Notes: generated from the letters alone by a model not told the origin. 64,000 nucleotides of DNA from Lactobacillus sp. (GCA_022651245.1 JALCQM010000009.1:5472-69471); one strand, 5' to 3'. Shown: positions 30,042 through 38,886, counted from the first letter of the stretch. A program made the numbers and translations.

Positions 30042-30090
30042 TAAGGGGTCATATCGGGAACGCTTTCAACATAGCAAAGGAGTGAATCTG

Positions 30091-30492
30091 ATGGTTGTCA
30101 CTTTATATACTGCTGGTAGCTGCACATCGAGTCGAAAGGCACGTGGTTGGCTACTAACCAACCACATTCCATTCAATGAACGTAATTTGGATAATGATAA
30201 GTTGACGCGCGATGAAGTCAAGCGTCTGTTACGGATGACGGAAACCGGGACGCAAGAGCTGCTTTCGGTACGGTCCAAAGCCTTTCTTCGGTTAGGGGTT
30301 AAGCTTGATGATCTCACGACTGAAGAGTTGATCACGCTGATCATTGGCGAACCGCGCTTGCTGCGGCGGCCGATTTTGATCGATGATAAGCGGATGCAAG
30401 TCGGTTACCATGAAGATGAGATTCGGCGGTTCTTACCGCGAAGTGTGCGGGCACTTGCCTTGCAGCAGGCACAGTTGCTTGCCGGTTTTTGA
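30091..30492 (+). CDS. spx: Spx/ArsC-family transcriptional regulator Spx
   Basis: MVVTLYTAGSCTSSRKARGWL...LLRRPILIDDKRMQVGYHEDEIRRFLPR aligns closely with Bacillus Spx. AAAGGAG RBS. Followed by mecA. Confidence 0.9.
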   Translation: MVVTLYTAGSCTSSRKARGWLLTNHIPFNERNLDNDKLTRDEVKRLLRMTETGTQELLSVRSKAFLRLGVKLDDLTTEELITLIIGEPRLLRRPILIDDKRMQVGYHEDEIRRFLPRSVRALALQQAQLLAGF

Positions 30493-30534
30493 TCCCAACA
30501 TGACGATAGCTAAACAGTGCGTGTCACTAACTGT

Positions 30535-30588
30535 ATAAGCAAGGCCTCTGCAAAACCTGCGTCTAGGTTTTACAGGGGCCTTACTTAT
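30535..30588 (+). terminator. Long hairpin after spx (no U-tract)
   Basis: About 22 paired positions (ATAAGCAAGGCCTCTGCAAAACCT / AGGTTTTACAGGGGCCTTACTTAT). No T-run follows. Confidence 0.45.
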
Positions 30589-30719
30589 GGCCTGCGTTAA
30601 ATTTGTTTTTGAGTTGCAAAATGAATCGCTTTATCGTAGAATGCCCCTTTAGAAGAAGTCTGTTATAATGGGCTTAGACTGATAGGGAGACTCCCTGTCA
30701 AAAGTGAGGTGCAGCAATC

Positions 30720-31385
30720 ATGGAAATGGAACGCATCAACGACAACACGATTCGCGTCCTGTTAGGCAATGAGGATCTGGCGGAGCGAGGCATAACCGTT
30801 TTGGACCTGCTGGGCAATCACCAACAGATCGAAAGCTTTTTCTATAGCATCCTTGATGAAGTCGATAAGGATCATAGCTTTGCGACCAACGACGCGGTCA
30901 CCTTCCAAGTGATGCCGAGCCAGTCCGGGTTGGAGCTGCTGATCAGCAAGAACGTGAACCAAGATGACGACAGTAGCCAAGATGACCAGCCACAGGCGCA
31001 AGACGTGCCGGATTTCATTAAACGTCAGCTTATGGCGACGGATGATGATCACGACGCGGTTGACGAAGGCGGCTATATTGATGACAACGGCGCGGCCCAA
31101 ACCGAAGTGGTGTTAAAGTTGGCCAGCTTCGAGGATCTGATTGCGTTGGCCAAGACGCTTCGTCTTGAAGGGGCCGCCAGTGACTTGTACCACTATCAAG
31201 AAGATTACTATCTGGTGCTAACGTTCTACAGCAACCAAGTCTCTGAACAAGAGATCAAGGATCAACTCGCGGTCGCACTAGAGTACGGCGATCGAAGCAA
31301 TGTCTCTGCGGCTAAATTGTCGGAATACGGCCAAAAGGTGATGGCAACGAGTGCGCTGGAAACGGCGCGTTACTACTTTAAATAA
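30720..31385 (+). CDS. mecA: Adaptor protein MecA
   Basis: MEMERINDNTIRVLL..., an acidic linker, and a C-terminal domain ending YGDRS...LSEYG. Confidence 0.9.
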   Translation: MEMERINDNTIRVLLGNEDLAERGITVLDLLGNHQQIESFFYSILDEVDKDHSFATNDAVTFQVMPSQSGLELLISKNVNQDDDSSQDDQPQAQDVPDFIKRQLMATDDDHDAVDEGGYIDDNGAAQTEVVLKLASFEDLIALAKTLRLEGAASDLYHYQEDYYLVLTFYSNQVSEQEIKDQLAVALEYGDRSNVSAAKLSEYGQKVMATSALETARYYFK

Positions 31386-31392
31386 AGGACAC

Positions 31393-31440
31393 ACAAAAGG
31401 GGCGTCTCCTGTCAGCTGATAGGAGACGCCCCTTTTGTGG
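31393..31440. terminator. Bidirectional terminator (mecA / pyrD)
   Basis: AAAAGGGGCGTCTCCT ... AGGAGACGCCCCTTTT, perfect 16-bp arms. Confidence 0.85.
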
Positions 31441-31442
31441 GA

Positions 31443-32384
31443 CTAAGCGATAGTGTGCAATTGCCCGCGGAAGTCAGCCAATGTGGTATAACCTTTGGCC
31501 GTCATCAACGCGTCAAGCTCCTGGTTGAGGCGCGTGAAGGCGGGGAGGCCTTCTTCTTGTAAGACGGTCCCGAGTTGGACTAAGTCAGCCCCGCAAAGGA
31601 TCAAATCATACACATCACGGCCGGTATTGACGCCGCCGGTACCGATAATTGCGATATCGGCGCGCAGGCGCAGGCGGAAGGCGCGCACGTTGGCCAAAGC
31701 AATAGGCTTGGCGTAGGCGCCGCCGATGCCGCCAAAGCCGCCTTTTGGTCGGATCAAGGCGGTGTCAGTTTCTGGGTCGATCATCAAGCCGTTACCGAGT
31801 GAATTGATCGAATTAATGAATTGTAGCGGATAGCGGTTCAAAAGGGCGGCCATTTGATCGAATTGAGCGAGATCGAAAAATGGCGGCAGTTTGACGCCGG
31901 CGGGTTTCGTAAAGATCTGGAAAATGTTATTCAAGATCTGCTCGGTGGTCTCCAGATCGTAGGCGATCTGGGGCTTACCCGGGACATTGGGGCAGCTGAG
32001 GTTGAATTCTGTCAAACCGCTAAACGCGCTGTCTTGGATTTTTTGTGCGAGTAAGACGTAATCGTCTGGCCCCATGCCAGCAACCGACATGAAAATCGGT
32101 TGGTCGGGATGCTTGCTTTGGAAGTCTAAGGCGTAGTCGAGATAATAGTCGATGCCCTTATTCGGCAGGCCCATCGAGTTGATGCTACCGAGTTCAAGGG
32201 CTTGATAGCGAGGCTCTGGATTGCCTAAGCGGGCTTGTGGGGTCCCAGACTTAGTGACCAACGTTCCGGCTGGGCTCGCCGCAAGTTCATCCAATTCTGC
32301 AGCTGTCATACAATGTACGCCACTGGCGTTCATCAAGACGTTGTTAAAGTGAAAATCACCGATTTGTGTTGCTAAACTCGTCAC
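31443..32384 (-). CDS. pyrD: Dihydroorotate dehydrogenase, class 1A (fumarate-dependent)
   Basis: Near-collinear with lactococcal PyrDA: [41 protein letters not shown]. The GTG at 32384 is 8 nt after AAAGGAG. The ORF-track start at 32417 is an upstream GTG. Confidence 0.92.
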   Translation of the reverse strand: MTSLATQIGDFHFNNVLMNASGVHCMTAAELDELAASPAGTLVTKSGTPQARLGNPEPRYQALELGSINSMGLPNKGIDYYLDYALDFQSKHPDQPIFMSVAGMGPDDYVLLAQKIQDSAFSGLTEFNLSCPNVPGKPQIAYDLETTEQILNNIFQIFTKPAGVKLPPFFDLAQFDQMAALLNRYPLQFINSINSLGNGLMIDPETDTALIRPKGGFGGIGGAYAKPIALANVRAFRLRLRADIAIIGTGGVNTGRDVYDLILCGADLVQLGTVLQEEGLPAFTRLNQELDALMTAKGYTTLADFRGQLHTIA

Positions 32385-32503
32385 TTGCGCCACTCCTTTT
32401 TGAAAGCTGTGGCCCACCCGTCACGTTGGCGGGTGCAGACCCTGGCAACCATTAAACCATATAATCGGTAGCTTGACCAGAGGCATATGGCTAAAATAGC
32501 GCA

Positions 32504-32537
32504 TAAAAAAAGCCGAAACATAATAATTGTTCGGCTT
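32504..32537 (-). terminator. Terminator of the HicB-like gene
   Basis: Minus strand reads AAGCCGAACA-loop-TGTTTCGGCTT followed by TTTTTT. Confidence 0.65.
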
Positions 32538-32550
32538 CAATCGAATCCTG

Positions 32551-32952
32551 TTAAGATAGTCCGGCGGCTTCACGGGCTTTATCTTGGTGATGAACCAGTT
32601 TGGCCAATTCATTCGCCTTGCGCCGAATCTCTTCAGGCGGTGCTTGCGGTAGTGTGAAGTGCGTGACCATCTTGTGCGGATCAAAGTCCGAGGTGACACT
32701 GACGAGGGAATAAAAAACGTTGTCGTCAGTGGTTTTAGGGAGACTCGTTAGTGAATAGGCCGCCAAAGCTGCTTCACCATCGGGGAGGTGGCTCAAAAAG
32801 TCAGCCAAGACGCGATAGGAGTAGTAGACGGTTTCTTCGTAAGTCGCCCCAACTGCAGAAGCTTGGGGGATATTGACGAAGTTGATCATGTAGCCATGGT
32901 CAGTTTTTTCATTGCGCGCGGCAAAATAATAGCGCCGGTTCGTGCTTGCCAT
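32551..32952 (-). CDS. HicB-like (antitoxin-fold) protein, orphan
   Basis: 133 aa. MASTNRRYYFAARNEKTDHGYMINFVNIPQASAVGATYEETVYYSYRVLADFL... resembles the HicB/UPF0150-like N-terminal fold of lactic acid bacteria (by recollection). The ATG at 32952 is 8 nt after AAGGAG. Confidence 0.45.
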   Translation of the reverse strand: MASTNRRYYFAARNEKTDHGYMINFVNIPQASAVGATYEETVYYSYRVLADFLSHLPDGEAALAAYSLTSLPKTTDDNVFYSLVSVTSDFDPHKMVTHFTLPQAPPEEIRRKANELAKLVHHQDKAREAAGLS

Positions 32953-33013
32953 GTCGATCACTCCTTGCAGGTGTGCCACTATTGGCATAACGGCACACTG
33001 TTTTCTATATATG

Positions 33014-33041
33014 ATTATAACATGGTTAAAATAATGAGCAA
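33014..33041 (-). promoter_or_regulatory. Putative promoter of the HicB-like gene
   Basis: Minus strand: TTGCTC, 16-nt spacer, TGT-TATAAT. Confidence 0.4.
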
Positions 33042-33151
33042 GTATATGAGTAAATTTTAATTTTATATCATTACGGGGTGACACCTCAAAAAAGGGAGGG
33101 TGTCCCGTCACGCGAAATAGCCGTTATGACGCGTAAATTTTGCAATTTGCC

Positions 33152-33180
33152 TTGCAAAGTCTGCCGTCGCTTGCTATACT
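33152..33180 (+). promoter_or_regulatory. tRNA-Gly promoter
   Basis: TTGCAA, 17-nt spacer, TATACT. The -10 ends 13 nt before the mature tRNA 5' end. Confidence 0.6.
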
Positions 33181-33193
33181 AATTTCTGTTGTT

Positions 33194-33264
33194 GCGGTTG
33201 TAGTTTAGTGGTAAAACTCCAGCTTCCCAAGCTGGCGTCGCGAGTTCGATTCTCGTCAACCGCT
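33194..33264 (+). tRNA. tRNA-Gly (anticodon CCC)
   Basis: Hand-folded cloverleaf. Acceptor GCGGTTG/CAACCGC, D arm GTTT/AAAC with GG loop, anticodon stem CCAGC/GCTGG with loop TTCCCAA, T arm GCGAG-TTCGATT-CTCGT, discriminator U. No CCA is encoded. Confidence 0.9.
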
Positions 33265-33269
33265 GTCGA

Positions 33270-33298
33270 ACTGGTACGAGTCTCGTGCCAGTTTTTTT
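33270..33298 (+). terminator. tRNA-Gly terminator
   Basis: ACTGGTACGA / TCGTGCCAGT stem followed by TTTTTTT. Confidence 0.8.
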
Positions 33299-33308
33299 GT
33301 GGCAAGTC

Positions 33309-33337
33309 TTGCCCATTCCTGCGGCGGCAGGTACAAT
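33309..33337 (+). promoter_or_regulatory. argS leader promoter
   Basis: TTGCCC, 17-nt spacer, TACAAT. Confidence 0.5.
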
Positions 33338-33344
33338 AGACAGC

Positions 33345-33569
33345 ATTAGCTCAGTGTGTTGCGAGAAGCGACTGACTGGGTACCCGGTGATAAAGAAGAA
33401 GTCAAGGCAACAGCTACAGTGAGGCTACGGTTGGTGGAAGTAGTCGCTGGTGGTGACGGCGCGCTTTTGAGGGGTAAACCAATAATAAAGTGGACCGATT
33501 CGGTCAATTAGAGTGGTACCGCGGGGAAACTCGTCTCTTTTATGGTGAATAAGAGAGAGGAGTTTTTTT
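33345..33569 (+). promoter_or_regulatory. T-box riboswitch leader of argS
   Basis: Stem I start GTTGCGAGAAG. Conserved T-box sequence AATTAGAGTGGTACCGCGG (33506-33524). Terminator TCGTCTCTT.../AAGAGAGAGGAG followed by TTTTTTT (33529-33569). Candidate Arg specifier AGA at 33397-33399. Confidence 0.8.
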
Positions 33570-33589
33570 GTGGCCAAAAGGAGGATATT

Positions 33590-35272
33590 ATGGATTTTAA
33601 GCAACAAGTGGTGACGACCTTACATCAGGCGCTTCATGACGACCTGACAGACGAGCAATTGACGCAGTTACTGGAGACACCGAAAACATCTGATTTAGGG
33701 GACTATGCATTTCCGACGTTTGCACTGGCCAAGGTCTACCATAAAGCCCCTAAGCAAATCGCGGCGGACCTGGCTGCACAGTTAGACGCGACTCCTTACG
33801 AGAAAATTCAAGCCGTCGGGGGCTACGTGAATTTCTTCTTAGATAAAGTCAGTTTTGCCCATGATGTGCTGACGACGATTGCCAAAGATCCAAAACACTA
33901 TGGCGTGCAACACCTTGGTAGCGGGAATGTGCCGATTGATATGTCCAGCCCAAACATCGCCAAGCCGATGAGCATGGGCCATTTGCGCTCGACGGTGATC
34001 GGGAACGCCTTAGCGAACATCTTAGCCAAGGTCGGCTACACACCAATCAAAATCAATCACCTAGGCGATTGGGGAACCCAGTTTGGAAAGCTGATCGTGG
34101 CTTACCGGAAGTGGGGCTCAGAAGCAGACGTCAAAAAGGACCCGATCCATTATTTGGTGCAATATTACGTCCAGTTTCATGAAGAAGCTGAAAAAGATCC
34201 GTCCTTGGAAGATGAGGCGCGGGCGGTTTTCAAACAGCTTGAAGATGGCGATCAAACGGTTCACCAGCTATGGTCTTGGTTCCGTGAAGAGTCGTTGAAA
34301 GAATTCAACCGCATCTATGACATGCTTGGCGTTAAGTTTGACTCGTTTAACGGTGAAGCCTTCTATAACGACAAGATGGACGGCGTGGTGACTGCTTTAG
34401 AAAACAAGCACCTGCTCAAAGAAAGCCAAGGCGCCGAAATCGTCGACTTGTCGAAGTATGATCTCAACCCGGCCTTGATCAAGAAATCTGACGGCGCGAC
34501 GCTTTATATGACCCGTGACTTGGCGGCGGCTTTTTATCGCCATGATCACTACGATTTCGTCCAGAGCCTATATGTGGTCGGCAACGAGCAGCGTGAACAC
34601 TTCGATCAGCTCAAAGCTGTCATCAAAGAAATGGGTGACGACTGGGCGGATGATATTCACCACATTCCGTTTGGGCTGATCACTTCTGGCGGCAAGAAAC
34701 TGTCGACACGTAAAGGGAATATCATTTTACTGGAGCGCGTTTTAACCGATGCCATCGATTTGGCCAAGCAACAGATTGCAGAGAAGCATCCTGATCTGGC
34801 CAATGCGGATCAAGTTGCCCATGATGTCGGTGTCGGTGCGGTGATCTTCCATGACTTGAAGAACGAACGCTTGGATAGCTTTGATTTTAGCCTTGAAGAA
34901 GTGGTGCGCTTTGAAGGGGAAACTGGCCCTTACGTCCAATATACCAATGCACGGGCCAACAGCATTTTGCGGAAGACGGCAGTGCAACCGGCTGCTGAAG
35001 TGGCCTTGACGGATCCGAATGCCTGGGATGTCCTCAAGGCGCTAGGCGATTTCCCACGGGTGATTGAGCGTGCAGCTGGGGCTTACGAACCGTCTGTCAT
35101 CGCCAAGTACGCTTTGCGCTTAGCTAAGGCCTTCAACAAGTATTACGCCAATACCAAGGTGCTGGTCGATGATGCCGAATTACCGGCACGTTTGGCCGTC
35201 GTACAAGCGACGAGTCAAGTTTTGACTGCCGCGCTTGCATTGTTAGGGGTACAAGCGCCCGCAGAGATGTAG
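33590..35272 (+). CDS. argS: Arginine-tRNA ligase
   Basis: 560 aa; class I signatures [14 protein letters not shown] (HIGH-like) and KLSTRKG (KMSK-like). AAAGGAGG RBS. The ORF-track start at 33542 lies inside the T-box terminator. Confidence 0.95.
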   Translation: MDFKQQVVTTLHQALHDDLTDEQLTQLLETPKTSDLGDYAFPTFALAKVYHKAPKQIAADLAAQLDATPYEKIQAVGGYVNFFLDKVSFAHDVLTTIAKDPKHYGVQHLGSGNVPIDMSSPNIAKPMSMGHLRSTVIGNALANILAKVGYTPIKINHLGDWGTQFGKLIVAYRKWGSEADVKKDPIHYLVQYYVQFHEEAEKDPSLEDEARAVFKQLEDGDQTVHQLWSWFREESLKEFNRIYDMLGVKFDSFNGEAFYNDKMDGVVTALENKHLLKESQGAEIVDLSKYDLNPALIKKSDGATLYMTRDLAAAFYRHDHYDFVQSLYVVGNEQREHFDQLKAVIKEMGDDWADDIHHIPFGLITSGGKKLSTRKGNIILLERVLTDAIDLAKQQIAEKHPDLANADQVAHDVGVGAVIFHDLKNERLDSFDFSLEEVVRFEGETGPYVQYTNARANSILRKTAVQPAAEVALTDPNAWDVLKALGDFPRVIERAAGAYEPSVIAKYALRLAKAFNKYYANTKVLVDDAELPARLAVVQATSQVLTAALALLGVQAPAEM

Positions 35273-35285
35273 GATTATGCTATAC

Positions 35286-35303
35286 TGTGAATAGATATTC
35301 ACA
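35286..35303. promoter_or_regulatory. ARG box (ArgR operator)
   Basis: TGTGAATAGATATTCACA, an 18-bp palindrome matching TNTGAATWWWWATTCANW. It abuts an extended -10, TGC-TATACT, at 35278-35286. Confidence 0.7.
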
Positions 35304-35317
35304 GTTGAGGTGATCCC

Positions 35318-35773
35318 ATGAATAAAACTGAACGTCAAAACACATTAGCACGCATCATTAATCAAAAAGTGATCAGCACCCAAGATGAGTTACTGGCTGA
35401 GCTGAAGCAGGCCGGTATCGAAGCCACTCAGGCGACGATTTCGCGAGACATCCGCGAATTGCGTATTGTGAAAGCCCAAGACGCTAGTGGTACCTTGCGT
35501 TACACCATTTTTCGCGGGGACTCTGAGTCACAACTTGAGCGGCTAGGCAACTCGATTCGCGAAGTCGGGTTGTCGATTACGCGCGTGCAGTTTATGAATG
35601 TGATCAAGACGTTGCCTAGTAATGGGAACCTGTTAGCTGCGATCATTGATGACATCAAGTTTTCCCAGGTCGTGGGAACGCTGGCTGGGCACGATACGAT
35701 CGTGGTGATTTCGCCAGATGAAGATAGTGCCATCTGGTTCAACCAACAATACGACCGCGCGTTCAGCGATTGA
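35318..35773 (+). CDS. argR: Arginine repressor
   Basis: 151 aa; QDELLAELKQAGIEATQATISRDIREL winged helix; C-terminal GTLAGHDTIVVI (GTIAGDDT-type). Confidence 0.93.
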   Translation: MNKTERQNTLARIINQKVISTQDELLAELKQAGIEATQATISRDIRELRIVKAQDASGTLRYTIFRGDSESQLERLGNSIREVGLSITRVQFMNVIKTLPSNGNLLAAIIDDIKFSQVVGTLAGHDTIVVISPDEDSAIWFNQQYDRAFSD

Positions 35774-35786
35774 GTCAGTACTACCC

Positions 35787-35837
35787 CAAAAGCGCCATCG
35801 CCCCCGATTCGGTTGAGTCGGGGGCGATGGCGCTTTT
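35787..35837. terminator. Bidirectional terminator (argR / pseudouridine synthase)
   Basis: Perfect 20-bp arms AAAAGCGCCATCGCCCCCGA / TCGGGGGCGATGGCGCTTTT. Confidence 0.85.
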
Positions 35838-35843
35838 TAGCGG

Positions 35844-36680
35844 TCAAAAAGGGGCGGGACTATGCGCTGTATGCGTGGCATCGCCGAGAGACTCGTGCCA
35901 AGTCAATTCGGTGGCATGTAGCATGAGACGTGAGGCGTGACTTTGCGGCGCGTAAAGCGGGTCGCCAATGATCGGGAACCCAAGGTAGGCGAGATGGACG
36001 CGCAACTGGTGGGTACGGCCGGTTTCGAGGGTCAACCAGACCCGCGCGTAAGTGGCGGTACGTTCCAGGACGCGGTAATGCGTGATCGCGCGTTCACCAT
36101 CTGCGCGGACTTGGCGCTTGCGGCGGTCGTCTGGGTCGCGACCGATCGGGGCGGTGATAGTGCCAGACTCGGGGATATCGGCGGCAACGAGCGCCACGTA
36201 GCTGCGACGCATGGTTTTGGCCGCGAGCTGTTGATCGATCAAGGCTTGCGTGAGCGGATTTTTGGCAATCAGTGTTAGGCCACTGGTAGCCATGTCGAGG
36301 CGGTGGGTGATGTACGCGGGCTGAGGCGCGAGGTAGCCGGCCACGGCGTTCATTAAGGTTCCCCCTTCGCCGGGCTGGTTGGGGTGGGGTTTGATCCCGG
36401 CCGGCTTGACGACCACTAACACTTGCGCATCTTCGAAGGCCACAGTTACCGGGGTCGATTCTGGCTGGTAGGTGGTGATCGCAGGGGCGTCCAGGTGCAA
36501 GGTGACGTGCTCGCCAACAAGGACAGGCCGGTTGGCGTAGCGGTAGCGGCCGTTGATCAAGATGGCGCGATGTTGCCGGAGCCAAAACCGGTAGCGTTTG
36601 GGCACTTGCCAGGCGCGTAGCAAGTCGGTCACTTGTGAATAAGGGGTCGTAATCGTGGCGTGTAAAGTAAATTCGGGCAT
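35844..36680 (-). CDS. RluA-family pseudouridine synthase
   Basis: 278 aa. Catalytic HRLDMATSGL motif; GRTHQLRVHL. Confidence 0.9.
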   Translation of the reverse strand: MPEFTLHATITTPYSQVTDLLRAWQVPKRYRFWLRQHRAILINGRYRYANRPVLVGEHVTLHLDAPAITTYQPESTPVTVAFEDAQVLVVVKPAGIKPHPNQPGEGGTLMNAVAGYLAPQPAYITHRLDMATSGLTLIAKNPLTQALIDQQLAAKTMRRSYVALVAADIPESGTITAPIGRDPDDRRKRQVRADGERAITHYRVLERTATYARVWLTLETGRTHQLRVHLAYLGFPIIGDPLYAPQSHASRLMLHATELTWHESLGDATHTAHSPAPF

Positions 36681-36784
36681 AAGGCGGAGTCCTTTTCGTT
36701 GAGATTCGGTTAAAGTGAGAAGGGACCTCGAGGCAGTCGCAGCGCGTATGCTACAATATTGAGGACCATCATAGGAGGACTATT

Positions 36785-38857
36785 GTGACATACCTCAAGC
36801 AATTTTGGGCCTGGGTGGCCCCTTATCTGCGCAAAATCGGCCGAGCGATCGCATGGGTCTTCAGTCGCTTTCAGTTGATCCGGTGGGCAATTTTGATCGG
36901 CTTGACCGTTATTTTGTGCGCCAGTGCTTTTTTTACTTATAAAGCTAAAACCGCAGATGTGCAAGACATCAAATCAACGCTGCAAACCAAGACGACGATC
37001 TTTGATCGGGAAAATAAGCAGGCCGGGACGCTGTACGGACAAAAAGGGACTTACGTTGAATTAGAGCAGATTTCCCCGAGCATTCAAAATGCCGTTTTGT
37101 CGACTGAAGACCGCACCTTTTACAGTAACTGGGGCTTTTCAATCAAGGGGATCCTGCGGTCCGTGGTGAACTTGGTGCTGCACCGCGGCGAGATCACTGG
37201 TGGGGGCTCGACGATTACCCAACAGCTGGCCAAAAACACGTTGTTAACGCAGCAACAAAGCTACCTGCGTAAGGCGCAAGAGCTGTTTTTGGCAGTGCAA
37301 TTAACTAAAGTGTACTCTAAAAAAGATATTTTGACGATGTACCTCAATAACGCCTATTTCGGCAACGGCGTGTGGGGTGTTGAAGACGCCTCCGAGCGGT
37401 ATTTTGGCAAGCATGCCAGTGCCTTAGACGCCTCTGAAGGCGCAACGTTAGCGGCGATGTTACGCAGCCCTAGCTACTATAATCCTGTCGATCATATGGA
37501 CCATGCGCTTGCGCGGCGCAACCTGATCCTGGGACTGATGGTCGATAATCAAAAGCTGACCCAAACAGAGGCGCAAGTCGCAAAGAGCAAGAGTTTGACG
37601 CTATTGGACAATTACTCGGCATCAAATGGTGAAGCATACCCGTATTTCTTTGATTCGGTGATCGAAGAAGCCCAAAAAGACGGGATCTCGCAAGATGACA
37701 TCGTCAATAAGGGCTATAAGGTCTATACAACGCTTGATCCGACTTATCAAACCAAAATGCAAGAAGCCTTCGACAACGACGCCAATTTTCCGGCTAATGC
37801 CGCTGACGGCACGCCGGCACAAGCGGCCAGCATCGCCGTTGATCCTACGACTGGCGGCGTGCTCGCCGTCGTTGGTGCACGGGGGACGCATGTTTATCTT
37901 GGCTTCAACTACGCCACGCAGCTACAACGCAGCCCGGGTTCGACGATCAAACCGTTGATGGTGTACACGCCGGCTTTAGAGCATGGCTATGCGTATGATT
38001 CGACCTTGGTCGACAAGAAATTGAGCTACGGAAAGAATAATTATACGCCAACGAATGCGACAGGCACGTATACCGGCAGTTTGCCGATGTATTTGGCCTT
38101 GGCGAACTCGGTGAATACCAGTGCGGTGTGGCTATTGAATAAGATCGGCGTGCAAACCGGTGTTAAGAGCTTAGAACGCTTCGGTATCACCTTGAAGAAA
38201 AAAGATCAAAACCTGGCCGCCGCATTGGGCGGGGTCACCACCGGGTTTTCGCCAGAAATCATGGCCCGGGCCTACGCCGCATTTGCCAACGGTGGCTACT
38301 TGCCGCAAACGCATTTTATTCGCAAAATCGTGGATGCGACAGGGAAAACGGTGGTCGATAATACTAGTAATCCGAAAAAGCGGATCATCAAAGAAAAAGT
38401 GGCCAAGTCGATGACCAGCATGATGTTAGGGACATTCAAATATGGGACCGGTACTTCTGCGGCGCCGTCAGGTTACACTGTCGCTGGTAAAACCGGCTCT
38501 ACCGAAGTTCCATCTGATTGGGGATACGGGACGCGGGATCAATGGGTCGTGGGCTATACGCCTGACATCGTGGTGGCTACCTGGACCGGGTTTGCAACGA
38601 CAAACAGCACCCATTTCTTGCAAGGCACAAGCGAGTCCGGAGTAGCGCCGATCTTCAAAGCCGAGATGGCCAGCATTCTTCCGACCACGCCGCAAACCAG
38701 TTTTGACACTAAAGACGCCAAGCAAATGGCAACGTTGCAAACGCCTGATACGGATAGCAGCGGCAGCGACTTATGGTCGAACGTCCAAGATGGGTTCGAT
38801 AGTGCAAAGCAGAAGGTCAATGAATGGTATAATAATCTTAAGGGTCTGTTCAATTGA
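36785..38857 (+). CDS. Class A penicillin-binding protein (glycosyltransferase + transpeptidase)
   Basis: 690 aa with an N-terminal TM anchor. GT51 motifs STEDRTFYSNWG and GGSTITQQLAKN. Transpeptidase motifs SPGSTIKP and KTGST. GTG start after AGGAGG. Confidence 0.92.
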   Translation: MTYLKQFWAWVAPYLRKIGRAIAWVFSRFQLIRWAILIGLTVILCASAFFTYKAKTADVQDIKSTLQTKTTIFDRENKQAGTLYGQKGTYVELEQISPSIQNAVLSTEDRTFYSNWGFSIKGILRSVVNLVLHRGEITGGGSTITQQLAKNTLLTQQQSYLRKAQELFLAVQLTKVYSKKDILTMYLNNAYFGNGVWGVEDASERYFGKHASALDASEGATLAAMLRSPSYYNPVDHMDHALARRNLILGLMVDNQKLTQTEAQVAKSKSLTLLDNYSASNGEAYPYFFDSVIEEAQKDGISQDDIVNKGYKVYTTLDPTYQTKMQEAFDNDANFPANAADGTPAQAASIAVDPTTGGVLAVVGARGTHVYLGFNYATQLQRSPGSTIKPLMVYTPALEHGYAYDSTLVDKKLSYGKNNYTPTNATGTYTGSLPMYLALANSVNTSAVWLLNKIGVQTGVKSLERFGITLKKKDQNLAAALGGVTTGFSPEIMARAYAAFANGGYLPQTHFIRKIVDATGKTVVDNTSNPKKRIIKEKVAKSMTSMMLGTFKYGTGTSAAPSGYTVAGKTGSTEVPSDWGYGTRDQWVVGYTPDIVVATWTGFATTNSTHFLQGTSESGVAPIFKAEMASILPTTPQTSFDTKDAKQMATLQTPDTDSSGSDLWSNVQDGFDSAKQKVNEWYNNLKGLFN

Positions 38858-38886
38858 TCCAAATAAACCGAAATGAGGCGCCTGAC

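Noticed and set aside
33000-33300. tRNA-Gly locus as a possible genomic-island integration site
   Set aside because: There is no integrase, recombinase, direct repeat of the tRNA 3' end, or foreign gene block on either side. The only nearby oddities are a short AT-rich intergenic region and the HicB-like gene.
33425-33607. 60-aa minus-strand ORF upstream of argS
   Set aside because: It lies antisense to the T-box leader and terminator and shows no translation signals.
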